A stretch of 64,000 nt of DNA, from the NCBI GenBank assembly GCA_013265495.1, contig MU058781.1, forward strand, positions 8,227,009 through 8,291,008, read 5' to 3'. The translations under genes were made by a program, and so were the position numbers. The stretch comes from Vicugna vicugna. Lineage: Eukaryota. The notes beneath the pieces were generated by a model. It saw only the letters and a program-made list of their open reading frames with translations, did not search any database and had not been told where the DNA came from. This document shows positions 50,041-63,975 of the stretch, in pieces (within the stretch, counting starts at the first letter, position 1; every line of letters starts with the position of its first letter).

Positions 50041-50619
50041 TTTGGTTTTTAATTGAGATACAAGTGACATATAAACTTATATTAGTTTTAGCTGTACAAC
50101 ACGATTTGATACTTGCATATATAATAAAATGATCAGTACAGTAAATCTAGTTAACATCCATCACCACACAGTTACATTTTTTCCTTGTAATGAGAAATTT
50201 TAAGACCTATCTCCTAGTTACTGTATAACACAGGGAACAATATTCAATACCTTATAATAACTTACAGTGGAAAATAATCCATATATAGTAGCAACTTTCA
50301 AATATACATTATTATTAACTATAGTCACCATGCTGTCCATTTTACACCCCATGACATTTATCTTACAGCTGGAAGTTTGGAACTTTTGACCCCTTCACCC
50401 ATTGCACCAACCTCCCAAACCCCAACTCTGGCAACCACCAGTCTGTTCACTGTCTCTATGAGTTCTGCTTTGTTTTGTTTTAGATTCTACAAAAGTGAGA
50501 TCATACAGCATTTGACTTCCTCTTTCTGACTTATTTCACTTAGCATAATGTCCTCAGGATCCATCCATGTTGTCACAAATGGCAAGGTTTCCTTCTTTTA
50601 CGGCTGAATAATATTCCAT

Positions 50620-50667
<48 letters not shown>

Positions 50668-51570
50668 TTTCTTTATCCACTCATCCAGCAATGGACACTT
50701 AAGGTTACTTCCATGTCTTGGCTATTGTAAATAGTGCTGCAATGAACACACAGGTGCTGATAGGTTTTCAAGTTAGTATTTTTTGTTTCCTTACCCAGAA
50801 GTGAAATTGCTGGGTCATATGGGTTCTATTTTTAATCTTTTGAGGACCCTCCATACTATTTTCCATAAAGGCGTCACCAATTTATATTCCCACCAGCAGT
50901 GCACAGGGTTCCCTTTTCTCCACAATTTAGCCAACATTTATTCTTTATTATCCTTTTATTCTTATATGAGTTCTTTATATGTTTTGGATATGAACTCCTT
51001 ATATACGATTTGCAAATATTTTCTCTGATTCCATAGGTTGCCTTTTCATTTGTTAATGGTTTCCTTTCTTGCGCAGATGTGTTTTGGCTTGATGGAGTCC
51101 CACTTGTTTATTTTTGCTTCTCTTGCCTCTGCTTTTAGTGTCAAATTCAAAAAATCATTGCCAAGACTGATATCAAGAAGTTTACTGCCAGTGTTCCAAG
51201 ATTTTTATGGTTTCAGGTTCTACATTCAAGTCTTTAATCCATCTTGAATTCATTTTTATGTTTGGTGTAAGAGAGTAGTCTAGTCATTCTCTTGCATGTG
51301 GCTGTCCAGCTTTCCCAACCCCAGTTACTGTTGTGTATTCTTGTTGAAAATTACTTAACCATCAGTGCGTGGGTTTATTTCTGGGCTCTCTATTCTGTTC
51401 AGTTAATCTACATGTCTGTTTTTGTGCCAATACTATACTATTTTAATTACTGTAGTTTTGTAGTATAGTTTAAAATCCAGGCACAGGATACCCCCAGCCT
51501 CTTCTTTCTGAAGATTGTTTTGGCTATTCTGGGTCTTTTTTGGTTCCATACAAATTTTCAGATTATTTAC
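50041..51570 (-). mobile_element. L1 (L1MA-like) 3' portion, with nested (CA)n and a nested L1 fragment
   Basis: tttagattc...gtgagatcatacagcattt...cttatttcacttagcataatgtcctcagg...ttccatgtcttggctattgtaaatagtgctgcaatgaaca...tttttggttccatacaaattt. Confidence 0.88.
50623..50666. repeat. (CA)22 microsatellite inside L1
   Basis: Perfect CA run read directly. Confidence 0.95.
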
Positions 51571-51602
51571 AGTATGGGGCCATTACAAATAACACCCATA
51601 AA

Positions 51603-51831
51603 TTAGGAGTTTGGGATTAACAGATACACACTATTATATATAAAACAGATAGATAATAAGGACCTACTGTATAACACAGGGAAATATATTCAATCTTGTA
51701 ATAACCTATGATGGAAAAGAATCTGAAAAGGAATATATATATATGTATATCCATAACTGAATCACTTTGCTGTACATCTGAAACTAATACATTATAAATC
51801 AACTATACTTCAATAAAAAAACAAAACAAAA
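51603..51831 (+). mobile_element. 5'-truncated artiodactyl-type L1 3' UTR with TSD
   Basis: ggagtttgggattaacagatacacacta...aactgaatcactttgctgtacatctgaaact...tatacttcaataaaaaa. Imperfect TSD acaaataacacccataaa / acaaataccaccataaa. Confidence 0.88.
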
Positions 51832-52267
51832 ACAAATACCACCATAAAAAAATCCTTGTACATATATCCTTATGTACTGGTGATTTTATATTTATAAGAT
51901 AAATTCCTAGCAGTTCAATCAAATGGAATATTTACTTAAATTTTTAATAAATATGAGCAGATTACTTTCTCTAAAAATTGAAATAATTTTTTACTCCCAC
52001 CTGCCCCACCAGTTACACATGAGGATGTGTGTTTTACCCCCTCACTCTTGCCAGAAGAGGATGCTATGAATCTTTAAAGAGATTTTTCCAGTCAGGTAAA
52101 GAACTGGTAACACAGTAATTTCAATCTGCAGTTTCCTGACCACTGGTTGAGCACCTTTTCATTTACTACTGGCCTCTGGCCAGTGCATTTATTAGCCACT
52201 AGACTAACATTTTCATTACTGTAAAAAGGAACTCATGCAGATGAATGAATGCACTTAGGTTTAGTCA

Positions 52268-52397
52268 ACAGCACGGTGTCTCAATATTTGTGGTTCGAGG
52301 ACCCCAGCAGATAACAAAATCTGGGGATGCTCAAGTCCCTTATATAAAATGGCCGAGTACAGTTGGCCATCCGTATCTTCAGGTTCAGCCCACTGCA
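52268..52397 (+). mobile_element. MER2/Tigger-like DNA transposon fragment
   Basis: ggttcgaggacccc..agataacaaaatctggggatgctcaagtcccttatataaaatggc. Confidence 0.6.
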
Positions 52398-52650
52398 GGT
52401 CCGCAGCGGGGGAGGGCAGGCGGTGGTGAGACGGAGCAGAACACAGAGTTAGGGGCACACGCTCTGGGGTCAGAGGCTGAGGACTGGATCCCAGCTCTGC
52501 AACCCTAGCTAGTTATTTAACCTGTGTCTCCAATTCTTCTGTAAAATGAGAATGATAATACAGCCAACCTCACAGAACTAAGTGAGTTAATACATGTAAA
52601 CTGATTCGCCCTGTGCCCACCCAGCAGGAAATGCTCAGTGCATGCTAGAT

Positions 52651-52817
52651 TTTTCTTTTCTGAAGTACAGTCAGTTACAATGTATATTTCTGATGTACAG
52701 CGCAATGCCCCAGTCATGCATATACATACATATATTCGTTTTCATATTTTTTTCCATTAAAGGTTATTACAAGATATTGAACATAGTTCCCTGTACTACA
52801 CAAAAGAAACTTTTTAC
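52651..52817 (-). mobile_element. 5'-truncated L1 3' UTR (same family as 32420-33069)
   Basis: Reverse complement matches about 32915-33060. Imperfect TSD tgcatgctagat (52639-52650) / tgcattgctagat (52818-52830). Confidence 0.85.
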
Positions 52818-54239
52818 TGCATTGCTAGATATTATCTCTTTCTTTGTTTTCTATCAAGCTGTTTACCCAACACAGTGGCAAGGAGAAAATCTCAAATGTA
52901 CTAGAGTTGATCAATTTCTCTGCATATCCTTTAGTAAAAAGCATAGAAATGATGAACACCCCCAACCACTGATGGCCTACCAAATGCATAAGAAGCTCCT
53001 GTATAGTCAGACACCTGTCCTGAATGTAAAAAATGCAGTTAGTTCATCTTCTTTCCCAAATGAAATTCAAACGAGCTTATGACTGCGCTTTAAAGAAGCC
53101 ATATTCATTACTCTAACATTTTTTAAAAATCTCCTCATTATTTAAAAATTCTTAGACATTACACAATTGAAATAGTAGAATTAATCAAGAAATATAAGCC
53201 CAACCAGCATGGAGCAGGAATCAATTATTCTATAATACCATCGTGTTGCCTTTCTTATCAAAAGCAACTATACACACACACGCAGGCACTGTGTTTGGTT
53301 GTTTCATGTCACTAGGGAGACAACAGGTACAAATATCATCAGTATTTTCTCAGTGGGAAAAAATGGAGAGGTTAAGCAAGGTTATTTAACAAGAGAGAGG
53401 GAAACAGACTCCCAAGTCACCTCTTTCCCCAACAACCTAAGTTGTCTCCTAAACAAAAAAACCGAGCTGAACAATTTCTTTCCTGGTGGACTGAAGCAGA
53501 AACTTCACCACTCCACAGAAAGTGCCCTCCATAGACAGATCCACTTTCCCATCACTCATAATACTACTTACTATTTAAGATGCTACTGTGAGAGACATCT
53601 TTGGAGACAATGGAAAATGCAGAACCAGGGCTATATTTTCTTATGCAACACCCTAGGGTGTGACCAATTATCTCAGACTCCTATGAAATTCTCAAAAGTC
53701 TCAACAAAGAATTAATTTTAATTCAGCTTAAGTTGAAAATTAAACATATCACCATTTAGCCTTTGTGAAATAGAGCTCTTGTGGGGCCTGATGGGATACA
53801 ACACCAATGTCACAATTCCAAGAGTGGTGAGACCCAAGACCTGGAGCCACCGTGCACCCATGGGCCATCAAAGTGGGAGTATCTGTGACTCTCCCTGCTC
53901 CCTAGGAACTAAGCTATTTTGGTTCCTATTATGTAATCACCTTCTCTAAAATATGTGTTTATAATAAAAGGGGAACTCCAGTTTGGACCAAGAGTCAAAG
54001 GAATTGTGCATCCATATTAAAAAACAAAAAACAAAAAACCTGAGCCTTCCCAACAACAAACAAGACAATGGTTTTCAAAGGCAAGAAACAAATGACCAAC
54101 TACAGGTTAAAAAAATTTCAAGTAGTAAGCAAGCTTATCTTTGGTGCTTATTAATTTTCCCACCTATAGAGTCGTAAGATGGGGCAGAGTGAAAGATTTG
54201 TATTTTAAAAATTTAATTACAAAGAACCCCTAAAGTCAT

Positions 54240-55265
54240 ACCCTGTTTCTTAACCTGCCCTTCACGCCATAAATCACAACATATCCTTAACGCTCCAGAA
54301 CAACTGCTCTGACCAAGTCACCAGCTCCTTGTCTGCTAAAGCCCGGGGATGCCACCCAGTCTACGCCTGCCTCAAGTTCTCGGCAACGTTTGATGCTGCG
54401 CGTTGTGCTCTGCTCTTTCTTCTTGACTTTCTGACACCACGTTGTCTTGGCTGTCTTGCCCTTTCTGATCGCTCTTTACCTCTCTCCTTTGCGAGCTGCC
54501 CCTGCCGCCGGCTCCCGCTAAAACGGTCCCCTCTGGGGACCATCCCAGGGCAGCTTTTCTTCTCATGCTACGTCACATGCCAAGGGATCTCTCCTAATCT
54601 TGTGCCTCCAAATGCCAGCAGATGACTTCCAGATCTTCTTCTCCAGCCCAGATGTCTCTCCTGAATCCCCCGGCATACACCCCCTCGCCTACTGGAATCC
54701 GCACTTGGATAAACCACAGACACATAAATTTCTGTGTGTCCTAACAGAGCTCATCATCCTCCCCCTCAGCTAGTCCTTTTGCTAAGCCTCTTTATCTAAG
54801 GGTGGGCCCTTCAACCACCCAATTGTTCAGGCCAGAAACCAGAGAACTCCTCTTCCTTAAACCCCATAAAGAGAATCAATCTCCTCACTCTATTAATCTA
54901 CCTTCTACATCTCTCTTAAATCCATTTGCTTCCCTTGCTACATCTGCCTGAATTCAGGCCACCATCCATTTCACCTGGACAATGTCAACAGCCGCTTAAC
55001 TAGTCTCCCCACCTCTGACAGTGCTCAACCCTCCCTCCACTCCTCCTCCATCCTTCTAATCTCAGTTTAGAAGGCACCTCCTCCAGGAAGGCTTCCCTTC
55101 TGCTGTTCCCACAGCACCCTAAGCATCTGCGGTCACATCTTCTCTTGCTGTGCTGTAATGATCTCATGACCTGAGAAGGCGGAGGTCATGTCTACCCTTT
55201 CAATCAATGTATCCATAGTGCCTGCTATAGGTTACGGTCTCAATATTGGAGTGAATGAATGAATG
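54240..55265. mobile_element. L2 LINE fragment with 3' end
   Basis: ctctccagcccagatgtctctcctga...tcaggccagaaacc...atagtgcctg...tcaatatt..gtgaatgaatgaatg, typical L2 terminus. Confidence 0.7.
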
Positions 55266-57551
55266 GTAGGCTCAGGAGCAAGGGAGGTTGGTCAGCAACT
55301 CTTAGGAGGATGAGAAAAGGTAGATAAAGGAAAGGCAGAGCAGAGAACAAGAAATAAAAGGCTCTGAAGACCATGCTTACTCTTCATTCTGTAAAGAATG
55401 CAGTTCCAGGCTCTACTAGGCATTCAGAAAATGTTTATTGAAAGTTTGATATGCAAGGATGGACTGTTCTGGAGCCATGGGTAACGTCATCAGAAGTGTT
55501 CTTTGAGTTACAGGTGTCACATTTTAAAATTATCAATGTTATTTCCTGTACCTCTATTTAGACGTAATTAATAAAACCAAACCTGATGATGTCTTTCATA
55601 TCTCATCCTTACTCCCATCTTCAACAGAAAGCATTACAGTTAGCCCCATCAATCCAACCCCAGCAGCACTGCTGACCGCAGGAAATCCTTTTGCGTTCTT
55701 TAACAGAAGGAAAACAAGAGAGATGATGATAAATATGCTGCGGTATAAACTGCTATGAAAAATTGATTCCTGCATCTTCTGATCCTATACCTCCAAAATC
55801 AAAGGAGGAACTACTGCTTTGCTTTCTCAACTCTTGCTCTTAAAACCAAACAGAATGTGACATCACCTTTCTCGCCTTTCCAAATCTGTACATAGCAAAT
55901 GCCCTGTTCTCCTGTTCTAAGAGAAGTAAATCCCCAGGAAAGCTACCACTACAGTGAAAATTCCTGCAAATGCATAAAAGTAAAATATGTATGTACGTAT
56001 ACACACGTACATATATATACATATAACCTTGATCTATAGATCAACTGTATATTTAATACACATTTCAACATGATAGGATGCACAAAAACATGGGAAAATG
56101 GCAAAAAAAAGTGTAGAAATGTATGAATACAGCTTGGCTTGGATACACTCGATGAAGAAAAGGCAAGTCTCCTCCATGTCACACAAAATCGGAATTTTGT
56201 GGTCTGTGAGTAATAGAAACTGGTATTTTCTAGACCTCAGTTCCCATACAAGAAAAAAAAAAACTTCTGCAAGTTAATCTAGGATTTAAATCTTAAAATT
56301 CCACAAAATCATCCTAGAGACTTAAACAGGTTTTTAAAAGATACCACAATTGAATGGAACCATTTCATCAGAAATGATTAATGACTCATTTTGGAAAATA
56401 CCTGAAATAGAGTCAAAATACATTTGGCTGTTCATAAATAGGATATAAAAGAAATTTAAAATGTTGTTTGACTTAGGAGGAAACAGACCAGAAATCAGAC
56501 ACATTTTAAAATCTGAGGATTATGTGAGGAGCTAGGCAGTGCCAGTAAATATTTAGGAATACTGGGTTTAAAGAACAGAGAAAGGAGAAAGACAAAAATG
56601 TTGGGGAAGGAAATAAGGAGGGAAAAGACAAAAAGGATATAGTTCAACTGTTGCGTCTTACAAGACTGTTCTAAAACTCAGAGATCTTAGAATTGGCAGC
56701 ATAGTGTAAGCAATTAAAAGTCTAGATGAAGTCTAATTATTTTTCCAATAGAATGTGATGGTCTCTCTGGATCCTGGGGCCCTATCACATTGCCTGGCCC
56801 ATAATAAGCATTTAATCTCCGTAGAATGAATGAATGAGAATGGGAAAAGGCATAGAGAAGAAAGCTAAAGAAAATCTAGGAGAGAAAGGAGGAACACTAA
56901 GACAGCCACAGCAGGTTATCACTCAGTGGCGCCCACACCTGGTGGCTCCAAAGAATGACTCTCCAGCTCCTCTCTCTTGGCTTTACAGAAGATCACAGCT
57001 ATGTGAGTAATGGCGAAATTATACTCAGGCTTTGCTGGCTGGAAAACTGCTTGATTTCTATCTTTCTCTAGAGTTGAAAAGCAAATGCCAGTCTAACCTG
57101 ATGTTCTCCTACTCTACCCACCTCTTCTCGATGCCCAAGGGACCAGTCCTACACATCACAGCACGCGCCAGGCTGGGGAAAGTAGCTCCCTCTCCATCCT
57201 GGGGGCCAAACTCCTCCGGCTACCTGGTTGGCCCCAACAGCCTGGGGCCAGCCACCTCCCAGGGCCACTGTGCACTCCAATGAAAAACGGGATTAATAAT
57301 AACTGTCAGGACTTCTGCAGAGATTTGCATGTTTGACAAAAAAAAAAAGGGTTTGAAGGAATCTTAAAAATGATAGCACACTAACTAAACAAACCTGTGA
57401 TGGCACGAATCTCAATGCTTGTGGTGCTGTCAAATCCACCGTGGTCCGAGGAAGACATATGTATATGGACAACGTGCCTGGGTGTCAGTGGACCACCTCT
57501 TCCCAGTGGTAAGAATGTACTTGCTCTTCTCTCAGGAAAAAACTGAGCCTT

Positions 57552-57675
57552 GGGGGGAGTGTACAGCTCAATGCCAGAGTGAGTGCTTAGCAAGCACGAG
57601 GTCCTAAGTTCAATCCCCAGTACCTCCATTTAAGTAAACAAATAAATAGACAGATAGATAGACAGAGTTTAAACA
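57552..57675 (+). mobile_element. tRNA-Ala-derived SINE (Vic-1-like, more diverged)
   Basis: GGGGGGAGTGTACAGCTCAATG...GTTCAATCCCCAGTACCTCCA, tail with (TAGA/CAGA)n. TSD core ctgagcct at 57543-57550 and 57678-57685. Confidence 0.85.
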
Positions 57676-60600
57676 ACCTGAGCCTCATAATATGGTTCAT
57701 GTTGTTTGGTATGCTCAAAAGAGAAAAACTAAGACATGTGAGGGAGAAATAGGAAAAAAATATCAGGTGTCCAGGTGCCCCGGCCACCACTCTGCGGGAG
57801 GGTGAGCAGCACTGCCATGCGGGTCAGCTCCGGGCGGGCCGCTCCCGGGTCCCACACATCACAACGTGCCCTGCTGTGTGTGACACAGGGTGGGGGAGGC
57901 AGGGGAGGGGTGACTCCAGGCTCAAGAAGGAAGGGGTCCTTCTTGTGAGTAGCTGGAGGAAATCAAGAGTACTTGAAAACAGTTCCACTCATGGGATCCA
58001 CGCTAAAAAAACAGACACCAAGTAACCAATTGTGGAGAGGAATTCTCAAAGCAAAAAGTTAGTTACCATTTTTAAGATTCCCTTGATTTCTACTTCCATG
58101 TCTGACATGATGGGTGCCTGTCAGGAGGGAGGCAGTGACATCCACGGGAGACAAGTTAATTCACTCTGGATATATCATTTAATAGGACAGTCGAGAGAGA
58201 GTTCACTGCAAAGCCACTATCCAGCATTTCTGAATGCGGGATGAAGACTTCTGCAGGCAAGGAGGGCAAACAGAGGGACGTATCCAAACCATTCCCTCCC
58301 CTAAAAGCTGGTCCCCTTTACGAACCCAGCCAAAAAGATGTTTTTTAATTAATAAAAATAAGACAGCCAGAAAGGCCCAGGGGAGAAATTATCTGTAGCA
58401 GGGTCACTGCTTCCCCTTAAATGGAGAATTTTAAGCTTAAGTTCTTAAGAGAAATTTGTATTTTTCTCTTCAAGAGAAATCCAAGAAAAGAAAACCCCTG
58501 TTGGAAAAGATACATGTATTTGCAATACACACCGAGGAACCCGATCGCATCATCAGAGCTGTCGGCAAAGAGCTATCTGGGGCTTCACTGTGTGGGCATG
58601 CGTGTTTGCAGGTTTGTTTCAGGGTTAATACTGTGCAGCATTGTGGGTAAAAGCTAATTTTTTCTTAAAGCCAAAGCTTTAAGCTGTCCCAGACTAAGAG
58701 GCAGAAGAGATAATGGCATTTACCATCAGGTTTTGCTCCACTTCAAAAATAGTAAAGAAGTCTAGCTTCGTAATTATTAACTAAAAGGATGAATAGAACT
58801 GGAAAGTTTACAAAATATTTCATACATATTAGAAACATGGTATTTTTTTTAACAGTCTAACCTACCATTCAGAATTACCTGCCCCCCCCCCCAAAAAAAT
58901 TACCTGCCCATAGGTTAATAAAAACACTAATAAAGACACTAATTCTTGGTGTTTCAACAATTAAAAATAGGCTGGTGCTTCGTCCCCTTTCACTAGTGAG
59001 TTGGCCTTTGATTGCCAAGAAGTTAGTCTCTCCTGCATCATTACCTTAAGCAGCAAACAGCAACCAAAAGGGTTCAGACCTGCCTTCCCTTTACTCTGAT
59101 GCCAGCCTACGGCACCCATCACGTACTGTCCAGAACCCTAAGTGTCTGCGCACATGTCAACTCCATGACTAGACTGTCTCTTCCTGGAAGAAAGGATCCT
59201 TGCCTGGCTGATCTTTGCATTGCCCAGAAGGTAGACACTTCGTGGGCTCTTTTCAACAAACCTCTGATGCAGTTTAATGTCCTCCAGCCTTCTTTAATTT
59301 CCCCTTTATTCCTTTTTTCCAACCATTTCCATCCCCGTTGGTCACACTAGTGGCCATTTCCGTATGTTCCCTGATTCTCCTGCCCACCTTTACCCACCCC
59401 GGCCCTGCCGGTTTCCATCCTTTGCTCAGTCCTGCCTTCTCCCCAGGGCCTCCCAGTCTGGATGCTCAGACAGGCCTCATGGGCAGCTCACTAACCCCAT
59501 TCTCGTTCTAATAACCACCAGTGGCCCTGGATGGCCTGCACCCCACATTCTGACCCTCACAGAATCAGCTGCTCTGATATTTTGCCCACTAAACTCAAGA
59601 GTTCCTGCACTTGGTGAATCTGCCAACAGAATTCCACTTTGAGCTGCCCCAAACATTATTTAAATTTCTGGTCTTTCTAATTTCTGGCCTTTAAATATGA
59701 TACCAATTCTCCCCTCTACCACCCAACAAATATCAATTATTTTGTTAATTTTCATTTTTAAATTTAAAAACATATAGGGTATCCATGGACAAGTGACTTG
59801 AGGAAAAACTTTCATTTCATAAATTGCATCTCTTATGTAAACTTGTAAAATATTTTCAAACTGGAGGTACAGAAAGGCTCAATTAGAACTTCAAACTTAA
59901 GAATTAACAAAAGTGAAATGGACCAGAAACCAGTTTGATGTCACCCAAACTGAGTTTAATGAGACATATAATTAAAATAGAAAAAGTAGCAAATGATTAC
60001 CTTGAACTGATCGGTCTTAGGCAGTGCTAACAGCAAGCTAAAAATAGAAACCAGATCATTTAACCTTGTCTACTTCACAGCTGCCAAAGGACTTGCCCAT
60101 GGAGTGTATTTTCCATCCTGGTGGCTGCAGCGGAGAGGGATGAATGGTGAATGATGCTCTGGCCACATAAGAGGCCACACTGGGCCCTGCTGTGGTGACC
60201 TGCCCCTAAGTACCACCCCAAGGCAAGGGTGGTCAGAGCCACTCAATGGGGTAGGACCATCTCAGGTGGAGGAGGAAGCATGTCCCAGCCCTCCCCAGAT
60301 GCCTGAAGTGTAACCTCTCCTTTCTCCTTCTTTTTAAAATTTCTTTTCCTTCACCCTCTTATTATCAGTTCCCTTCTGTCCTCCTTCGTCCTGCCCCCAT
60401 GTTATTCTATTTTCAACTGCTGCCTTTTCCTCTTCTTCCTGTTTCCTTCTCTCCTGAACTCTTAAGTGAATGAAAAGCAGCCACTTACACTTATTCAGTT
60501 CAATAACTAGTCCCAGAGAGCCCGTCTGAGGCCAAGCACTGTGCTCCATGGCGCGAGATGTACAAAAGCGGCAGGTGCTGTGGTGCCCACCTTCTGGGGA

Positions 60601-63576
60601 AAGGGGTAAAGCAGGTACAACAGACCACTAACGCATCATCGGTCCTCGCACACAGGAGACAGGGAGCCCACGGGCATGCAGAGGAGAGAGCTCACATCTG
60701 CGTGGGGAACCAGATGAAGAAGGGGGACCATCCAAAGGGGGACTGTGCTTCCAACAGAGCATGATTAAAGGACGCAGGTACATATACTTACGATCTAGTG
60801 CCTTGGATCACTGGGAGACTAGTTTACAACTACAGTAAGTTTAAGGAAGGGATGACAGTATGCACATTTTCTCATACGTGACCTGGTGGAAGAGCGTGGC
60901 CTGGGCTTTGCAGTCTGGGGGACCTGGGTTTGAGTCCCTGCTCTCCTACACAGATCTGGGTGACCCCAGACAAATGACTCAAATTCCTCCGTTATAAAAT
61001 GGGAGTATCGGCCTGCTTCCAGAGTTGTTAGGGGAATCTGAGTCATGCAAGATTACTCAGACCTTTCCTCCTGGGCCCATACATAATCAAAGGCTTCTCA
61101 TCTCTAGAACGTTGGGAAGAAACTGTGCTCCATTTTCTCCTCCTCCTCACTCGGTCTGCCAAGGGAGCGTATGCCTGACACTAGGGAGACCCTTCCTTCA
61201 TTTAGAAGAGGGGAGCGATGCACTGAGGATCCGCTCTCCGGCCCTCTCTCCTGAGATGCTTGCCTAAAGGCTGCCCAGTCTCCCCGCCCCCTCCCCCAAT
61301 GGGTAAGCCCCCAAGGCAGCTCTGTGCAGCTGCTCCACCCGTCCCTGGGGTAAATCAGCTCCACTCGGGTTGCAGGAGCTCTTACTTAACCCCAGGACCA
61401 CACTGACATCTCCATTTCAGCTTTCTCACTATCAAAGGTGTTATCCAGACCCCTAGCTGACCCCTGTGCACGTCTCAATTGGCTCACAACCCACAGGAGA
61501 GGGTACAAATGGAACCCCCCCAAACCCCGATTGTTTCTGTAACTCTGGAAAACGATGGTGAATTTTTCAGCAATGAAGAAAAAAATCAGAAAACGCAATA
61601 GAAAAGGTCGGTATTACATTTCTAAAAAGAACAAGTTGACATACAGTGCTCTCCAGACACTGGAAAAATCCCCTGGCCTTATCTCTCACTCCTGTCCAGA
61701 AAGGCGAGGCCGTGACGCCAGCCAAAGAGAACTCCGGGTCTTCTGTTGCCTTTGTTTCTCTCTCACTCAAGGCACCTGGCAGGCCGCCCTGTCCTCAAGG
61801 CTGGAATGCAACTAAAATAAACGTAATCTAATCCATGGTACTATGATCTAGATAATGTGCTGACAGAAAGGGGAGGTCTGCAAGGATTTTATTACACAGC
61901 AAAGAAAAAAAGAAAAAAAAGAGTTGACCACATGAGCACTCTATAGGTGAAGAGGTGCTTCAACCATCTGACCCAGGCATGGCCATATGATGCAGCTGGC
62001 TCCACGTGGCCAGCATAGCTCAGCCACCATGCCCCCCTGATGCCCACCCAGCTGGCTCCACTTACTGCGGATTATACTTTGAATTTGCAGAGAAAGTCTC
62101 CTATATGGGATAGAAATAGAATGACAACCCCACATCAGTATTTCCATCCTGGTTACCACCTGTATGAGTCCCAGTGAACAGATAAAATGACATTCTGTTC
62201 AGCTGGTGTCCATCCCTGAGCCCCATCAAGTGTAAGTCCACCAACAAAAAGCAAGACTCTAGACTAATGAACAAAGCTAAGAACAGGATCTGAACAGTTG
62301 TGACTCCATCAAGTGACTGCTGCCAGCAAGGTGCTGCCCCAAAGGTTTGCCATGCAGCTCCAAAATCTCTGACATCACTTCTCCTTTAGTTGAACAGGAT
62401 CTTAGGAATCCATGGACAATAACTCACAGCAAGATGGGCAAGAAGAGGCAGGGATATAGCATCCGGGCTACCCAGGAGGGAGCCATGTTGGGAACCATCC
62501 AGAGTCTGTACTAACAGGGAAGTCTGGCCGGGCTGGCAAAGCCACCTCTGTCGATCAGAGCATCCTTGGTCACCGTGTAGATGGGGTGGGGAGGGGCAGG
62601 GGGAAGATAGGGCACTGTCTACAGTGAGGCCATTCACAACTGGTGGGCAGAGAATAGTTGGTGACAACCCAGGTAGACTAGACCATACTGGAAGCCCACA
62701 CTAGCAGACATGGTACAAAAGATGGGCCGTTACTCTGGAGAGCAGACTCTAGACATTAGGCCAAGGCTGAGGGCAAAGCTTCAATCCCTGGATGGGTAAC
62801 TAACCCCTGTGTGTCTATAAGCCTCTCCAAAGTTTGTGGTGAGTGAGTGGTCTATACTCACGCAAACCATCTTCTACCATATGAACTGCTTACAACAATC
62901 CAGCCACGCCCAACTCCTGCTATCATCTGACTCCCAACTCCCCACCTCCTCTCTCCTCTTGGAAACCATCTCCTCCCATCCACCCTCCCACCTCCATCTC
63001 TGGACACACACACACAGGGCTAGGTGTCTGCCTACAGGTGTACTACTATGTGTAACTAATGTTTTAATTGTCACATATCATTGCATTTTTTTTTTTGCAT
63101 GCCTGCATTCTAGCTAAGTTTGAGTTCTCTGTAAGCAAGGAACAAGTTTTACTCATCTTTGTAAGCCTAGCACCTAGGACAGTGCCTAACACATGATAAT
63201 CAAAATTACTTTTATTCTCTAAAGCCTTAGCACTTCTCGTATGTTTTCATTCCATTTTCTTCCAAAGCTATGATGCAAGTATTATCATCTCCATTCAACA
63301 AAAAGACTGAGACCCAAGGGGGGTTAGCTGTGTGCCCTCACAGGGAATTAATACCAGCTGACTCCCTGTCTTCAAGTACGGTTTCACATCAATAAATGAC
63401 TGGGAGGAAGGAAATGGGGGTGAGAGGGTGAGAGGGCTGGAGTCTGCTGAAAGCTTCAGCTATGTCTTCATCTGCAGGCATTCCATCTCCTCCCTCCCTT
63501 GGGGCTCCATCACCCCAGGGAACAAGAATCTATGGCTTTTCAACATGATTATGGGTATTTGAACATGAAGCCACCT

Positions 63577-63975
63577 CTTCTAGATTCCACATGTAAGTGG
63601 GATCATACGGTGCTTGTCTGTCTCTGTCTGACTCCTCTCACTGAGCATAAGGCCCTCAAGGTTCATCCACGTTGTCACAAATGGCAAGATGTCCCTTATG
63701 GAGGTGGGGGAGGGAGCTGGATCATATTCTGTTGCACATATATACACCACACTTTCTTTATCCATTCATCCATGATTGGACATTTAGGTTGTTTCCATGT
63801 TTCGACGGTTGTGAATAATGCTTCCATGAACATGGAGGTGCAAATATCTCATCAAGATCGTGATCTCATTTCCTCTGTAAATATACCCAGAAGTGGGACT
63901 ACTGGATCATAGAGTAATTCTATTTTTAGTCTTGTGGGGAACCTCCAGACTGTTTTCCATAGTGGCTGTGCCAAC
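63577..63975 (-). mobile_element. L1 (L1MA/MB-like) fragment
   Basis: tagattccacatgtaagtg...gttcatccacgttgtcacaaatggcaagat...atatacccagaagtgggactactggatcat. Confidence 0.85.

Noticed and set aside
55165..55190. Inverted repeat catgacct...aggtcatg
   Set aside because: Only an 8-bp stem inside an L2 relic; consistent with chance.
56925..56950. CTCF-like ccaccaggtgtgggcgcca on the minus strand
   Set aside because: Extra bases break the fixed core spacing.
57888..57910. G-rich G4-like runs (also near 20360 and 62583)
   Set aside because: Common in mammalian introns and not tied to any functional feature here.
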